Source: Patescibacteria group bacterium (GTDB lineage Bacteria; Patescibacteriota; Minisyncoccia; Moranbacterales; DUUL01). Taken from it: a stretch of DNA of 64,000 bases. Positions 49,758-59,908 of this stretch are shown piece after piece. Below the pieces are notes generated by a model. That model did not search any database and was not told the origin of the DNA. It saw only the letters and a program-made list of their open reading frames with translations. The stretch covers positions 3,337 to 67,336 of the forward strand of contig JAYEFY010000030.1 in the NCBI GenBank assembly GCA_034658815.1, given 5' to 3'. How positions within the stretch are numbered: the stretch's first letter is position 1; the number at the start of each line of letters is the position of its first letter. The translations under genes and the position numbers were made by a program.

Positions 49758-49880
49758 GCTCGCGTGCTTTCGTTAAACTCACTTTTAGATTTGCGCGCTT
49801 AAAAATTAATAAAAGAGAGCCTTGCCTTGCTTCAGCCTCAGCTCCCTTTTTATGTTTTTCGCGAGTTTGTTTTATATCAC

Positions 49881-50171
49881 CTAATAGGTAATGAATGAGT
49901 AACGCGGACACCGTTTATTTCTTTTGAAATCCGAATTTCCAGCTATTCGAATAAAGATCTCAGTGTCAGGATAAACAAAGGCCTTTCCGCGTATTCCCCT
50001 GATCAGGGCTTGTTCCATAAATTCCCCTTTTACCACGAACAGGATTCCCCTTTCGGACTCTTCCGTGCTCGGATCCAATATCCTTGACACATTTACTCTT
50101 GTCACGCGAGACCCCGTCAAAAAAATGATCTCTTCATTTGTTAATTTCTGTCTTGCTTCCTCTAAATTCAT
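49881..50171 (-). CDS. Hypothetical protein
   Basis: 96 aa, strong SD AAGGAGG upstream. Confidence 0.6.
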   Translation of the reverse strand: MNLEEARQKLTNEEIIFLTGSRVTRVNVSRILDPSTEESERGILFVVKGEFMEQALIRGIRGKAFVYPDTEIFIRIAGNSDFKRNKRCPRYSFITY

Positions 50172-50323
50172 AGTCTTCCCCCTCCTTGCTTTTTCACGGC
50201 TTGAATTTATGGCTTAAGAACTGATTCTACAATATTATAACAATTAAAATTCGTCAAAAAAACTCAAGAATCACTCGCCTATTTATCAGCTTTTGCGAAA
50301 AGATAGCGGTACGAGAACATTCT

Positions 50324-51724
50324 CTATTTTTTTATCTCCCAATCATGGTTAAGCTCCACATCATAGCCGCTTCCCTTCCCGTTTGAATCAATGATCCTTA
50401 TTTCGCCTTTCACGTTTTTAACTCCTGACTGTTTTTGGATTAAAAGGCGATAGTTATTCTCGTTGACCGTATCAGGCAGATAATAAGAAAAAGAAACAGT
50501 TTTAGTTTTGCCAAGCGGGACTTTAATAATTGTTCCGAAATATTTTTTTTCTTGTTCTCGCCCGAACTTGACATCGTTTATTTCATCAGGATTAATGAGC
50601 CAACTGCCATCAGGGACATAAACGCGAAGATAAGATGTGTAATCCGTGAACAGCCAATCACGAACCCTGCCTTTATGCTCGTAGGATATTTTTAGATTCG
50701 CGCGCGGACGTTCACTCGTGAAATCAACAGTGTATTCGAAGCTTCTGCCAATTACCTGGTCCGTTTTAAGCGACGCGAGATTCGCGTCAACTATCATCAG
50801 ATAATCTTGCTTTGCCGGATTTACTTCCCCGCTCCAATTAAGATCTTTTATCTTTTCCTGTAATTTCTCATCTTTAAAATAGACCATCACATCTTTTCGA
50901 TTCAGGTGTTCCTCGATCTGTTCCGCGAATTTCTTCTTTTCCGACCAGTTGAGGTCTCGCGCTTCTTCAAGAATCTTCTTTGACAGTTCTTTGATGATAT
51001 ATTTTCTTTTCCCTTTTTCAATATCTTGGTCAACATATCCTTTTTCAACTTGATACTGAAGTTTGGAAATCGCGTTTTTACTGTTGTATTCCCCTTGATA
51101 GCCGTTAACTTCTATCGGGCCGGTGATCTCAAGAAATGAAGGAAGAAGTTCCGTGGAAACCGCCACAACTCCGGCTATGTTCTCTTTTCCGCCCTCAAGA
51201 TGATAAAAATATTCGGCTTTCTTTGCGTTTGTCGGAAAATCGGCAGACCAATTACTGTCGCGCATTTCCCAGCTTGATATCTTCAATAGCGAGCCCATTG
51301 GGAAAGGCGGCTCTATTCCCGTTTCTATTTTCGAATCAAACACATTAGTATCGTGAGTGTCAATGAAAGTTACTTTTTCATCTTTTATTTTCAGTATTCC
51401 GAATGTTCCTATGTATCCTCCTCCGGGACGAAGCTCGTGATTATTTTGAAACAGGATCAAGAACGCTTTTTCCTCTCCTTTCGCAATTTTCGGGAGAATG
51501 TTAAAGATCACGTCCAATTCTTCCTTTTGGCGGTTTTCGATTGGCAGTACTTTAACAATAGGTCGAGCGTAATTCAGCATGCTCAAATAGCCTTTGTTCT
51601 TAACTTGCCAAAAAATATGCCAGCCAACTAAAAATAAAATTGAAATTATCCAAAAAAGGATCCAAAATTTCCATTCTTTTCCACTCTCTTGATTCATATT
51701 TTTAACAGCGTTATAATCATTCAT
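50324..51724 (-). CDS. DUF4012 domain-containing protein
   Basis: N-terminal TM; LILFQNNHELRPGGGYIG, RDSNWSADFP, YLRVYVP.GS, QKQSG. Confidence 0.85.
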   Translation of the reverse strand: MNDYNAVKNMNQESGKEWKFWILFWIISILFLVGWHIFWQVKNKGYLSMLNYARPIVKVLPIENRQKEELDVIFNILPKIAKGEEKAFLILFQNNHELRPGGGYIGTFGILKIKDEKVTFIDTHDTNVFDSKIETGIEPPFPMGSLLKISSWEMRDSNWSADFPTNAKKAEYFYHLEGGKENIAGVVAVSTELLPSFLEITGPIEVNGYQGEYNSKNAISKLQYQVEKGYVDQDIEKGKRKYIIKELSKKILEEARDLNWSEKKKFAEQIEEHLNRKDVMVYFKDEKLQEKIKDLNWSGEVNPAKQDYLMIVDANLASLKTDQVIGRSFEYTVDFTSERPRANLKISYEHKGRVRDWLFTDYTSYLRVYVPDGSWLINPDEINDVKFGREQEKKYFGTIIKVPLGKTKTVSFSYYLPDTVNENNYRLLIQKQSGVKNVKGEIRIIDSNGKGSGYDVELNHDWEIKK

Positions 51725-51755
51725 TAGCGTATGTATTATTGGGAACGATCCTTTG

Positions 51756-53309
51756 TTAAAGCAATCTATGTTTTTGTGTTAAGTGAGTTTCAGTTAGCCC
51801 AAAAACGATCTGCTTGTATTTAAGATTTTCAATAGCCCCGAATAACAGCCAGAAAACGATTGCCGCCGGACCAAAGAAAAATGAATTGCTGATAAAGCCT
51901 AAAAATAAAAATTCCAAAAAAATCGCGAGAATTCCAATCAGCCAAATCCTTTTCTCCCCATCCGACTTTCTGTAGTTGCCATATAATTCCCTGAAGTATT
52001 TCCATAGAATAATAGCAAAAACGGCGATTCCCAAAATTCCAAAATATTTCCAGATCAAAATGTATGAATTTTTTATCGATTCTGCTCCGTGGGATTCATC
52101 ACTGCCAATTTTCCAGCCGCTTCCCCATATCCAGTGATCTTGGACTGATTCCCAGCCGGAAAACCATCGCGCGGCATTGATTTCCGACTCTTTTATTACA
52201 GTCGAAAAAGTACCGGGCAGAACAAGTGCCAGCGCAACGATTATCGCGGCCATAAACAAGATCAATTTTTTATTTCTGAGTAAAATACCCATTGCGAAGA
52301 TCCCGATTGCGGCAATGATCAATGAAACATATGAAAATGTAAAAACCAGCGCTATTGCCTGTATGGCAATTAAAATACCAAAAAACATTCTGCCCGAGAA
52401 AATTTTTTTAATCTTTTGCTTGTTCATCCCATGTTTGATCTTTTGGATCAAGCTGCCGCTAAAAAAGTTTGTTCTTTTGGAAAAACTGGCTGAGTCAAAA
52501 AAGCGGACTGTTTTTTCGATTTTTTTCAAAGGCCTCGTACACTTCTTTCTTTTTCTTGTGTTCAGAAGCAATGCATATGTAAGCGGGATCGTTACCAATA
52601 AAAAAGGCGCGAGAGCGTTATTTCCCACACGTAAACTGTATCCATCTCCCAAGAAACCATTGATCTGATATTTGACATTTTCAAACGCAAGAAATTGGGT
52701 CTTTCCGCTTGTAATGCCTAATCCGGTTGGGGTTTGGAAGCCGAATCCGAATGTTATGAGGCCAAACATTGAATGAATGACACCAATTGTAATAAGAAGA
52801 ACAAAAAATCTCCGCAAACGTTTTTGTGTCTGGAAAAAATATTGGAATGCCGCTGTTATGATCCAATACGTTGCGATAGTGATCACAATGATCAAAACAA
52901 AGGGATCCGGCTGCTGCCCGAATATTTTAGCGAATAGTATGATGCTCAAACCGATCAATTCAAAAAGAAAAAGATAATATGATATTGCCGCGAGAGAGAC
53001 TTTTGTGTTTTCAGCCAAGATCATTTCCAGGCTGATAATTGCAAGAATAATAAGAAAAATATCATGGATCGTAAAAGCGGCACCGCTGATCTTCATTGAC
53101 GGAAAAAGCAGCAAGATCAATAATAGAAAAAGCCAGCCTCTGGAAAAACTTTTCTGGAAGATCGCCACAGCCGCAAACAGCAAAAAAACAATGACTGCAG
53201 AGATCATATTGAGCGTTGTAACAAGCACTATCACAAATGCTACAATGCCGATAATGATGGTGATCAGTGCATCCTTGTAGGATGATTTGAAAAAATAATA
53301 AAGATCCAT
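51756..53309 (-). CDS. O-antigen ligase/polymerase-like polytopic membrane protein
   Basis: About 12 TM segments, FTFS, WGSG, NSYI.....GILG; located beside the glycan genes. Confidence 0.6.
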   Translation of the reverse strand: MDLYYFFKSSYKDALITIIIGIVAFVIVLVTTLNMISAVIVFLLFAAVAIFQKSFSRGWLFLLLILLLFPSMKISGAAFTIHDIFLIILAIISLEMILAENTKVSLAAISYYLFLFELIGLSIILFAKIFGQQPDPFVLIIVITIATYWIITAAFQYFFQTQKRLRRFFVLLITIGVIHSMFGLITFGFGFQTPTGLGITSGKTQFLAFENVKYQINGFLGDGYSLRVGNNALAPFLLVTIPLTYALLLNTRKRKKCTRPLKKIEKTVRFFDSASFSKRTNFFSGSLIQKIKHGMNKQKIKKIFSGRMFFGILIAIQAIALVFTFSYVSLIIAAIGIFAMGILLRNKKLILFMAAIIVALALVLPGTFSTVIKESEINAARWFSGWESVQDHWIWGSGWKIGSDESHGAESIKNSYILIWKYFGILGIAVFAIILWKYFRELYGNYRKSDGEKRIWLIGILAIFLEFLFLGFISNSFFFGPAAIVFWLLFGAIENLKYKQIVFGLTETHLTQKHRLL

Positions 53310-53519
53310 AAAAATTCCTGAATAAAGCTGTTTATTTGCTACAAAAGCGTGTTCGGGAGCAGTCTCTTATTATTCCGCCCATCATAGCACAATTTCATAA
53401 TTTTGGCAATACTTGCGTGCCGGTTAATATTATGCTACACGTTATAGAAGCATTGACTATTATTGAGAAATAAAATAGGCAAAGATTGTTAGCATAATAT
53501 GTAAATTAATCATCTCAGA

Positions 53520-54806
53520 ATGAAACAAAAGAAAACTACTGTTGCAATTGTAGGTTTGGGATATGTCGGACTTCCTCTTGCGATCAGGTGCTGTGAATGC
53601 GGATATAATGTTGTCGGTTTTGACTTGGACAGTAAAAAGATCGAATCCATCAAAAAAGGCAAGATTCCTTTCAAAGAGAAGTTTGTTGAGGAGCGAAAGG
53701 AATTTCTTGGGAAAATAACCGCGACTGATTCTCCTCGGCGGCTCAAAAAGGCCGATGTTGTTCTTATCTGTGTTCCGACTCCGGTAGACAAACAATTTTA
53801 CCCGAATCTTGAGCCGCTGAGATCCGCTGTTCAAACGGTGATCAAAAATCGCAAACCGAGCCGGCTTATCATTATTGAATCAACAATTAATCCCGGAGTG
53901 TGCGAAGAAGTCATAGAACCGCTTTTTTATGGCGCAGGTCTTAAGGATGGAAGAGATTATTTTCTTGCCCATTGTCCGGAAAGAATTGATCCCGGAAACA
54001 AAGATTGGAACCTGATCAATATTCCTCGCGTCGTCGGTTCATTGTCGCGCAAGGGACTTCAGCGGGCAGTAAGTTTCTATAATTCGATCATCGACGGAGA
54101 AATACATCCAATGAGATCTATTCGGGAGGCAGAAGCAGTTAAAGTTGTCGAAAATTCTTTCCGGGATATTAATATAGCTTTTGTTAATGAGCTTGCGAAA
54201 AGTTTCGACCAAATGAATATTGATGTTAAAGATGTCATTGAGGGAGCGGCAACAAAACCATTCGCTTTTATGCCGCATTTCCCCGGAAGGGGCGTTGGAG
54301 GGCATTGTATTCCGGTTGATCCTTATTATCTTATCGAGCAGGCAAAAAAAGAAGGATTTGACCATCATTTACTGCGCGTCGCGCGGGAGGTTAATAATAA
54401 CATGCCTTCTTATACTGTTGAGTTGCTTCAGGATCTTCTCAATGAGATCAAACTTCCAATGAAAGGCATCCCAATTGGTGTAATGGGGCTGTCATACAAA
54501 GCCAATATTGATGATCTGCGCGAATCTCCATCGCTGAAGATCATAAAGGAACTTGAAAAGAAAAAAGCGAAAATCATCAAATACGACCCGTTTATATTGA
54601 AAATGTCCAACGTCTCCTCGACCCGAGAATTGCTTAAAAAGTCGAAAGCATTGATCTTGGTTACTGACCACAGTGAATTTCTTGAACTCGATGAAGCCGA
54701 GTTCAAGAAATATGGCATCAAGGCGGTTGTTGACGGAATGAACTGTTTAAATGCCGGAAAGATCAAGCGGCTGGGCATAAAATATCATGGAATCGGACGG
54801 AAGTAA
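53520..54806 (+). CDS. Nucleotide-sugar dehydrogenase (UDP-GlcNAc/ManNAc type)
   Basis: GLGYVGLP, CVPTP, EST..PG, PERIDPG, KVVENSFRD, GVGGHCIPVDP, DDLRESP. Confidence 0.94.
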   Translation: MKQKKTTVAIVGLGYVGLPLAIRCCECGYNVVGFDLDSKKIESIKKGKIPFKEKFVEERKEFLGKITATDSPRRLKKADVVLICVPTPVDKQFYPNLEPLRSAVQTVIKNRKPSRLIIIESTINPGVCEEVIEPLFYGAGLKDGRDYFLAHCPERIDPGNKDWNLINIPRVVGSLSRKGLQRAVSFYNSIIDGEIHPMRSIREAEAVKVVENSFRDINIAFVNELAKSFDQMNIDVKDVIEGAATKPFAFMPHFPGRGVGGHCIPVDPYYLIEQAKKEGFDHHLLRVAREVNNNMPSYTVELLQDLLNEIKLPMKGIPIGVMGLSYKANIDDLRESPSLKIIKELEKKKAKIIKYDPFILKMSNVSSTRELLKKSKALILVTDHSEFLELDEAEFKKYGIKAVVDGMNCLNAGKIKRLGIKYHGIGRK

Positions 54807-54976
54807 CACGCGGGTTGCTAATGAATGACAAAAAACAAATGGTCCGTGAGAGAAAAAAGGATTAGGCCATCCTAATGCGGGTTCAATGGTTCCTATCTTG
54901 AACCACTTAGGAATATTGCATTTTTTGCATTTTTTTGGCATAATCAAGGTACTTAATTATTTTCAAGAATGCTTTA

Positions 54977-56014
54977 ATGAAATTGATTGTTAACATTCCC
55001 GCGTATAACGAAGAAGATGTCATCGCGCAGACAATAAAAAGGATCAGGGCAAGCTTTGATAATGAGTTTTACCGTTCCGGACCGGGTTCGCGCATTAAAG
55101 AAAAATTGATTCAAGTCGTTGATGACGGCTCGGTTGATAATACGGCAAAAATCGCTAAATCTGCCGGAGCGGACATTATCATTTCTTATCAGCCAAATCG
55201 CCGGCTTGCGTACGCGTTTAAACAAGCAGTAGAAAGCTCATTGAATAACACTGCTGATTTTATGGTTAATATTGACGCGGATGGCCAATTTGATCCCGAA
55301 GATATGCCTAAGTTACTTACTCCTGTGCTCGAAAAAAAAGCGGACATGGTTATCGCGAATCGTTTTGGAAAACACAAAGCGGCAAATATTCCTTGGATAA
55401 AAGATTTTTTAAATAGATTTGCGGCTCGTATGATCGGTTTTTTTCTAAATCATAAGATCGACGATCTCACTTGCGGATTCAGGGCGCACAACCAGGAAAC
55501 GCTTTTAAGGCTTAGTTTGGCTAATGTTTATTTTACCTATACTCAGGAAACAATTATTGACGCAATAGGGAAAAATTTAAAGATTCAGTGGGTTCCCGTA
55601 AAAGTGTCATATCCCAAGGATCGCCAATCAAGAATGGTAAAATCCGTATGGCAATTCGTGAATAGCTCGGGAAAAGTCATTCTTCGAGCGGTTAGAGACG
55701 TCCGTCCGCTAAAATTTTTTGGCTGGCCGGGGTTAATTCTTGTCGGTCTCGGGATCATCGGGTTCGGAATATTCTTCTATAATTATTTGCAGGAATTTAA
55801 AATTAAACCCTTTCAGAATTATATCCTTTTCTCATTTGTCTTCTTGACGCTTGGCGTTCAGCTTATTATTTTCGCGCTGATCGCTGATATGATAAAATCA
55901 AACAGGCAGCTGACAGAGGATTTTATGTACAGGGTAAAAAGATCCAAAATTGAAAAGATCAAAAATGCATCAAAAGAGGAAAGAACTTCCAAAAAAATGA
56001 GTTTTGATATATAA
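54977..56014 (+). CDS. Family 2 glycosyltransferase (DPM/polyprenol-phosphate type)
   Basis: IPAYNEE, VDDGS.D, IDADGQ, DLTCGFRA, two C-terminal TM helices. Confidence 0.92.
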   Translation: MKLIVNIPAYNEEDVIAQTIKRIRASFDNEFYRSGPGSRIKEKLIQVVDDGSVDNTAKIAKSAGADIIISYQPNRRLAYAFKQAVESSLNNTADFMVNIDADGQFDPEDMPKLLTPVLEKKADMVIANRFGKHKAANIPWIKDFLNRFAARMIGFFLNHKIDDLTCGFRAHNQETLLRLSLANVYFTYTQETIIDAIGKNLKIQWVPVKVSYPKDRQSRMVKSVWQFVNSSGKVILRAVRDVRPLKFFGWPGLILVGLGIIGFGIFFYNYLQEFKIKPFQNYILFSFVFLTLGVQLIIFALIADMIKSNRQLTEDFMYRVKRSKIEKIKNASKEERTSKKMSFDI

Positions 56015-56094
56015 TCATAATTGATAGCGATGAAGATTGTGTGCTTATTGTCAAGGTCGTGATTCGTAAATAAATAAAAAACTAAAATCAAAAA

Positions 56095-56325
56095 ATGAAG
56101 AAGAAAAACGGCGGAAAAGAAAAACAGATGAGCAAGCTCAGATTCCTGCTGGGATTGCTTATCGTAATAACCGGAGGTTCTTTGATGATTGATCTTCTCG
56201 GATTAAGCATAAGGAATTACACCGCGAATGTAGGTGAAGTCGTGTTGTTTCCAATGGCGATGCTGTTATTGATAACTGGAATTGGAATCGTTGCCAAAAA
56301 TTCCGAAGCGCTTGATAGGAAGTAA
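56095..56325 (+). CDS. Small two-TM membrane protein
   Basis: 76 aa with two hydrophobic helices, co-oriented with the locus. Confidence 0.55.
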   Translation: MKKKNGGKEKQMSKLRFLLGLLIVITGGSLMIDLLGLSIRNYTANVGEVVLFPMAMLLLITGIGIVAKNSEALDRK

Positions 56326-56406
56326 GCTGTTAGCCAAAACGCTGTTATAAATAATTAATACGCGCTAAGTTTTACTGATCGAACGAGCTGACGTTACTTA
56401 TATTGT

Positions 56407-57510
56407 ATGAGAATATTGTTTCTATCACATTCATATCCTCCAATTGTTGGGGGTGTCGAGAATCATAATTGCAGTCTTGCGAGTCATTTGAAAGAGATTT
56501 CAGACGTAACAGTTCTTGCGAACTCAAAAGGGAAAAAAGCGCTTCCCTTTTTTTTGATCTATACTTTTGTCAGATCTTTTTTTGCTATGACGCGGCATGA
56601 TGTATGTTTGTGCGGAAGCGGCGTTTTGGCTCCTCTCTGTGCTGTTTTGAGATTTTTTCATCCCCAAAAGCGTTTCTATTGCGTTACTCATGGTCTTGAT
56701 GTTACGTATGCCGAAAGATCCGGATTTCTTCCGCTTATTTATCGAAAGATCAATATTCCTTCTTTGAAAAAGATGGACAGGATTTTCATGGTTGGAAACC
56801 CAACGGTTGAAGAGGCTGTAAAACAAGGAGTGCCGCGTGATAAGTGCGTAGTTATTCCAAACGGAGTTGATCCCGGTGAGCTTCAAGAAAAACATTCACG
56901 CGCGGAATTGGAAGGTCTTCTTAAAATTAACCTTGAAGATAAAAAGGTGATTTTGCGCTTGGGAAGATTTGTCCCGCATAAAGGGACAAGCTGGTTCATT
57001 AAAAGTGTCATGCCGCTTTTGCCGGATTCCGTTATATTTGTTGTCGCCGGCAACAGAGTTTCAGAAAATACAGCCGGCGATAAAGATGATTATCCGCTTT
57101 GCGAAAAGATTATTAAAGAAGAGAAATTAGAAAAACGCGTTCTCTTGCTTCCGTCTTTGCCCCAAAAAGATCTAAAGATCCTTCTTAATACGGTTGATCT
57201 TGTTGTTTCACCAAATATAAAAGTTCCGGGAACAATGGAAGGTTTTGGAATTAATGTTATTGAAGCGGGCGTGTGCGGAAGATTCGTTGTCGCCTCAGAT
57301 CTTGAAGGCCTGGCCGATGCGATAGAAAATGGCCAGAACGGAATTCTCATTGAACCGGAAAATGCGGAACATTGGCAGAAAAAGATCCAAGCTATTTTTG
57401 ATGCCGGGGGCGAGTTTATTGAAAAATTTGGAGACCGTGCAGCCGATTATGTAGAAAGACGCTTTAGCTGGGACAGTATCGCCAAACGATTTTTAGATCA
57501 GATGAAATAG
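56407..57510 (+). CDS. Family 4 glycosyltransferase
   Basis: YPP.VGGVE, IPNGVD, GRFVPHKG, EGFG..VIEA, FSW. Confidence 0.93.
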   Translation: MRILFLSHSYPPIVGGVENHNCSLASHLKEISDVTVLANSKGKKALPFFLIYTFVRSFFAMTRHDVCLCGSGVLAPLCAVLRFFHPQKRFYCVTHGLDVTYAERSGFLPLIYRKINIPSLKKMDRIFMVGNPTVEEAVKQGVPRDKCVVIPNGVDPGELQEKHSRAELEGLLKINLEDKKVILRLGRFVPHKGTSWFIKSVMPLLPDSVIFVVAGNRVSENTAGDKDDYPLCEKIIKEEKLEKRVLLLPSLPQKDLKILLNTVDLVVSPNIKVPGTMEGFGINVIEAGVCGRFVVASDLEGLADAIENGQNGILIEPENAEHWQKKIQAIFDAGGEFIEKFGDRAADYVERRFSWDSIAKRFLDQMK

Positions 57511-57524
57511 TTCCCAATAATGAA

Positions 57525-59483
57525 ATGTTGATTCCACTCTTAAAGCTATATATCGCGATCTTTGTTATCCTTTTTCTACCGGGATATTTTTTTGTAATGG
57601 CGTTGTTTGGCAAAAAAAGAAGCAAGATATCACTTGTAGAGCGCTTCTTTCTATTTTTTGGATTAAGTATTACATCAATTAACGCGATTTTTTTATTTCT
57701 GAATTTTTTGGAAGTTCCTTTGAATAAATCTTCAATCTTAACATCGATAATAATTTTTTCTTTATTGTGTTTTACAATTTCAAAGCGATCTTTTCTGTTT
57801 TCCAAAAAGGCAAAACAAAAAGAAAGTACGAACAGCCTATTCTCGACCCTTAACAGCTGGTCATATCGCCATATGCTTATTTTTGTTGTTATTCTGCTAT
57901 TGGCTGTCGGTTTTAGGGCTTTCTATATTTCACAAGGCATTATGCCCAAGACAACGGATCTCGGACATCATATGTACTGGTCAAAATATATTGTGGATTT
58001 CTCCATGCTTCCCGAATACGGAATGCCGGATTTTATTATAGGCGAGCACATTATTTTTTCGGCCATATCAATTCTATCAGGCGCATCGCTTATCAGTACT
58101 ATGCCTGTTTCTGTTCTATTGATAGTAAATATATTCTCACTTTTGGCGATTTTCGTGTTAACTTATCGATTTTCTGAATTGTTATTCAATAAAAAAGATG
58201 CTAAACAGATCGCTCTCTTTTCATTGCTGATCATCGGCTGTTTTTACGCGATATCGTCTCCCCAGTCAAAATTTGTTTCCGGAGGAGTTATAGGGAATAT
58301 CATCGGGAATTTGTTCATTCCGCTTGCGATATATTCTCTTTTGCAGGCAATTAAGCGCAAAGACGTGCTTTTTGCCCAGTTATTTATTATTTTTACCGTA
58401 TCTCTTGCGTACACCCATCATCTATCGACATTTATTCTTCTTTATGTTCTGGCGGGAGTGGCGCTTGCCGGTATGGTCATTTTTTTGGCGCGAAGCAAGG
58501 GGAGATTATCGATTTTCTATTCGAACGTCCGATCCGTTTTTCTTCCATTTTTTCATTTTCACACAGTCATTACATTATCATTGGTTGCCTTGTTCGTTTT
58601 TTCAGTGCATATACCTTCTTATCTTAATGAATCAGCCATAAATACGGCTGTCGGAACTCCCATAAAAGCCACCAGAACAGGATATACCATCAATCACATC
58701 ATTGAAAAATCCGGACCGTGGAGAATGTGCTATGCAGGTATCGCCGCGATCATAATTTTAGCGCTGGTCTTTTTCAGAAAACCGGTAAAAATAGAAAGTG
58801 CTAAGAAAACATTGTGTATTGTTGGCTCCTCAGTTATTATCATGTGGGCTGTAATGATCTTTATGATGAGCTGGAAACCCGCGTTGCTACACGTTGACAT
58901 ACCTTCAAATCGTGTTGTGAACTATCTGACATACCCATTATCGATCTTAAGCGCTATTGGCGCGTTTGTTTTACTTAAAAGATCTCGGGAAAAAGTCTCT
59001 CCTTTTTTGTATTCCATTGTATTTCTTGTAATACTTGGAACCGGATTCATCTCAGCCTATGGTGATTTTTCAGATTCGGCGCGAACTTATGATAAGCAGC
59101 AAGAGAAAAAAGTCGGACAGACGTTCTTGGCATCAAAATATCTTAATAAAATTTCCAGTGCGGACGAAAATATCTTAAAAGATCATATTTACATTGAAGG
59201 AGATACTTGGATTAAATTATTTTTCATGAGAGGATATAAGTATCCTCTATCAAGATCGTTTCTCAAACGCTATGACGATCCGATAAAACCGCGCGAAACT
59301 TGTACCAGAGACATGATCGCTATTCCGGATTCCGAAACAGGAATAAAATGCTTTGAAAGCGCCAAAGTAAAATACGTGATGTTGAGCAATGGCAAGGATA
59401 CCGCGCAGTTTGAGAGATCCGCGAATTTTAACAAAATATACGCGTCAGACCATGTTGTAATTTTTCAAAGAAGATTGCCATGA
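57525..59483 (+). CDS. Polytopic membrane protein, probable GT-C fold glycosyltransferase
   Basis: LFLPGY N-terminus, external loop TDLGHHMYW, YTHHLS, more than 12 TM segments, soluble C-terminal domain. Confidence 0.65.
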   Translation: MLIPLLKLYIAIFVILFLPGYFFVMALFGKKRSKISLVERFFLFFGLSITSINAIFLFLNFLEVPLNKSSILTSIIIFSLLCFTISKRSFLFSKKAKQKESTNSLFSTLNSWSYRHMLIFVVILLLAVGFRAFYISQGIMPKTTDLGHHMYWSKYIVDFSMLPEYGMPDFIIGEHIIFSAISILSGASLISTMPVSVLLIVNIFSLLAIFVLTYRFSELLFNKKDAKQIALFSLLIIGCFYAISSPQSKFVSGGVIGNIIGNLFIPLAIYSLLQAIKRKDVLFAQLFIIFTVSLAYTHHLSTFILLYVLAGVALAGMVIFLARSKGRLSIFYSNVRSVFLPFFHFHTVITLSLVALFVFSVHIPSYLNESAINTAVGTPIKATRTGYTINHIIEKSGPWRMCYAGIAAIIILALVFFRKPVKIESAKKTLCIVGSSVIIMWAVMIFMMSWKPALLHVDIPSNRVVNYLTYPLSILSAIGAFVLLKRSREKVSPFLYSIVFLVILGTGFISAYGDFSDSARTYDKQQEKKVGQTFLASKYLNKISSADENILKDHIYIEGDTWIKLFFMRGYKYPLSRSFLKRYDDPIKPRETCTRDMIAIPDSETGIKCFESAKVKYVMLSNGKDTAQFERSANFNKIYASDHVVIFQRRLP

Positions 59484-59908
59484 AAGAAAGAGTCTTGATT
59501 CTGTTAATATCTCTTATCGTAATAATCGCCGTGGGCATCTTGTTCCAATATGGCGAAAAGATCATACACGGAGATGCTGTTGAAGGATATTCAACTGTGT
59601 ATTTCAATTCTTCAAACTGCTCCGTAACGCCGGATTCGGAAAATACTGATGCTCTAAGATTCACTATTCGCAATCTTAACCAAGAGGAGCGCGTCTATAG
59701 AATTATATTTTTGATCAACAACGAAGAAATAAGAGTATCAGAACAAAATATTGGCAGTCAGGAAAGAAAATCCATTAGCCCGTCCAAAACAGTCACGCGG
59801 GAATTGCAAAATTTTGAGTTAGATGATTCATTTGAATATACGGCTGTAGTTGAATGGAACGGCTTAAGACAAATGATCTCAAAACAAATAACTGTCCGCG
59901 ATGAATAA
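59480..59908 (+). CDS. Membrane-anchored extracellular beta-sandwich-like protein
   Basis: N-terminal TM; F.IRN..E...Y pattern; ATGA overlap with the upstream gene. Confidence 0.65.
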   Translation: MKERVLILLISLIVIIAVGILFQYGEKIIHGDAVEGYSTVYFNSSNCSVTPDSENTDALRFTIRNLNQEERVYRIIFLINNEEIRVSEQNIGSQERKSISPSKTVTRELQNFELDDSFEYTAVVEWNGLRQMISKQITVRDE

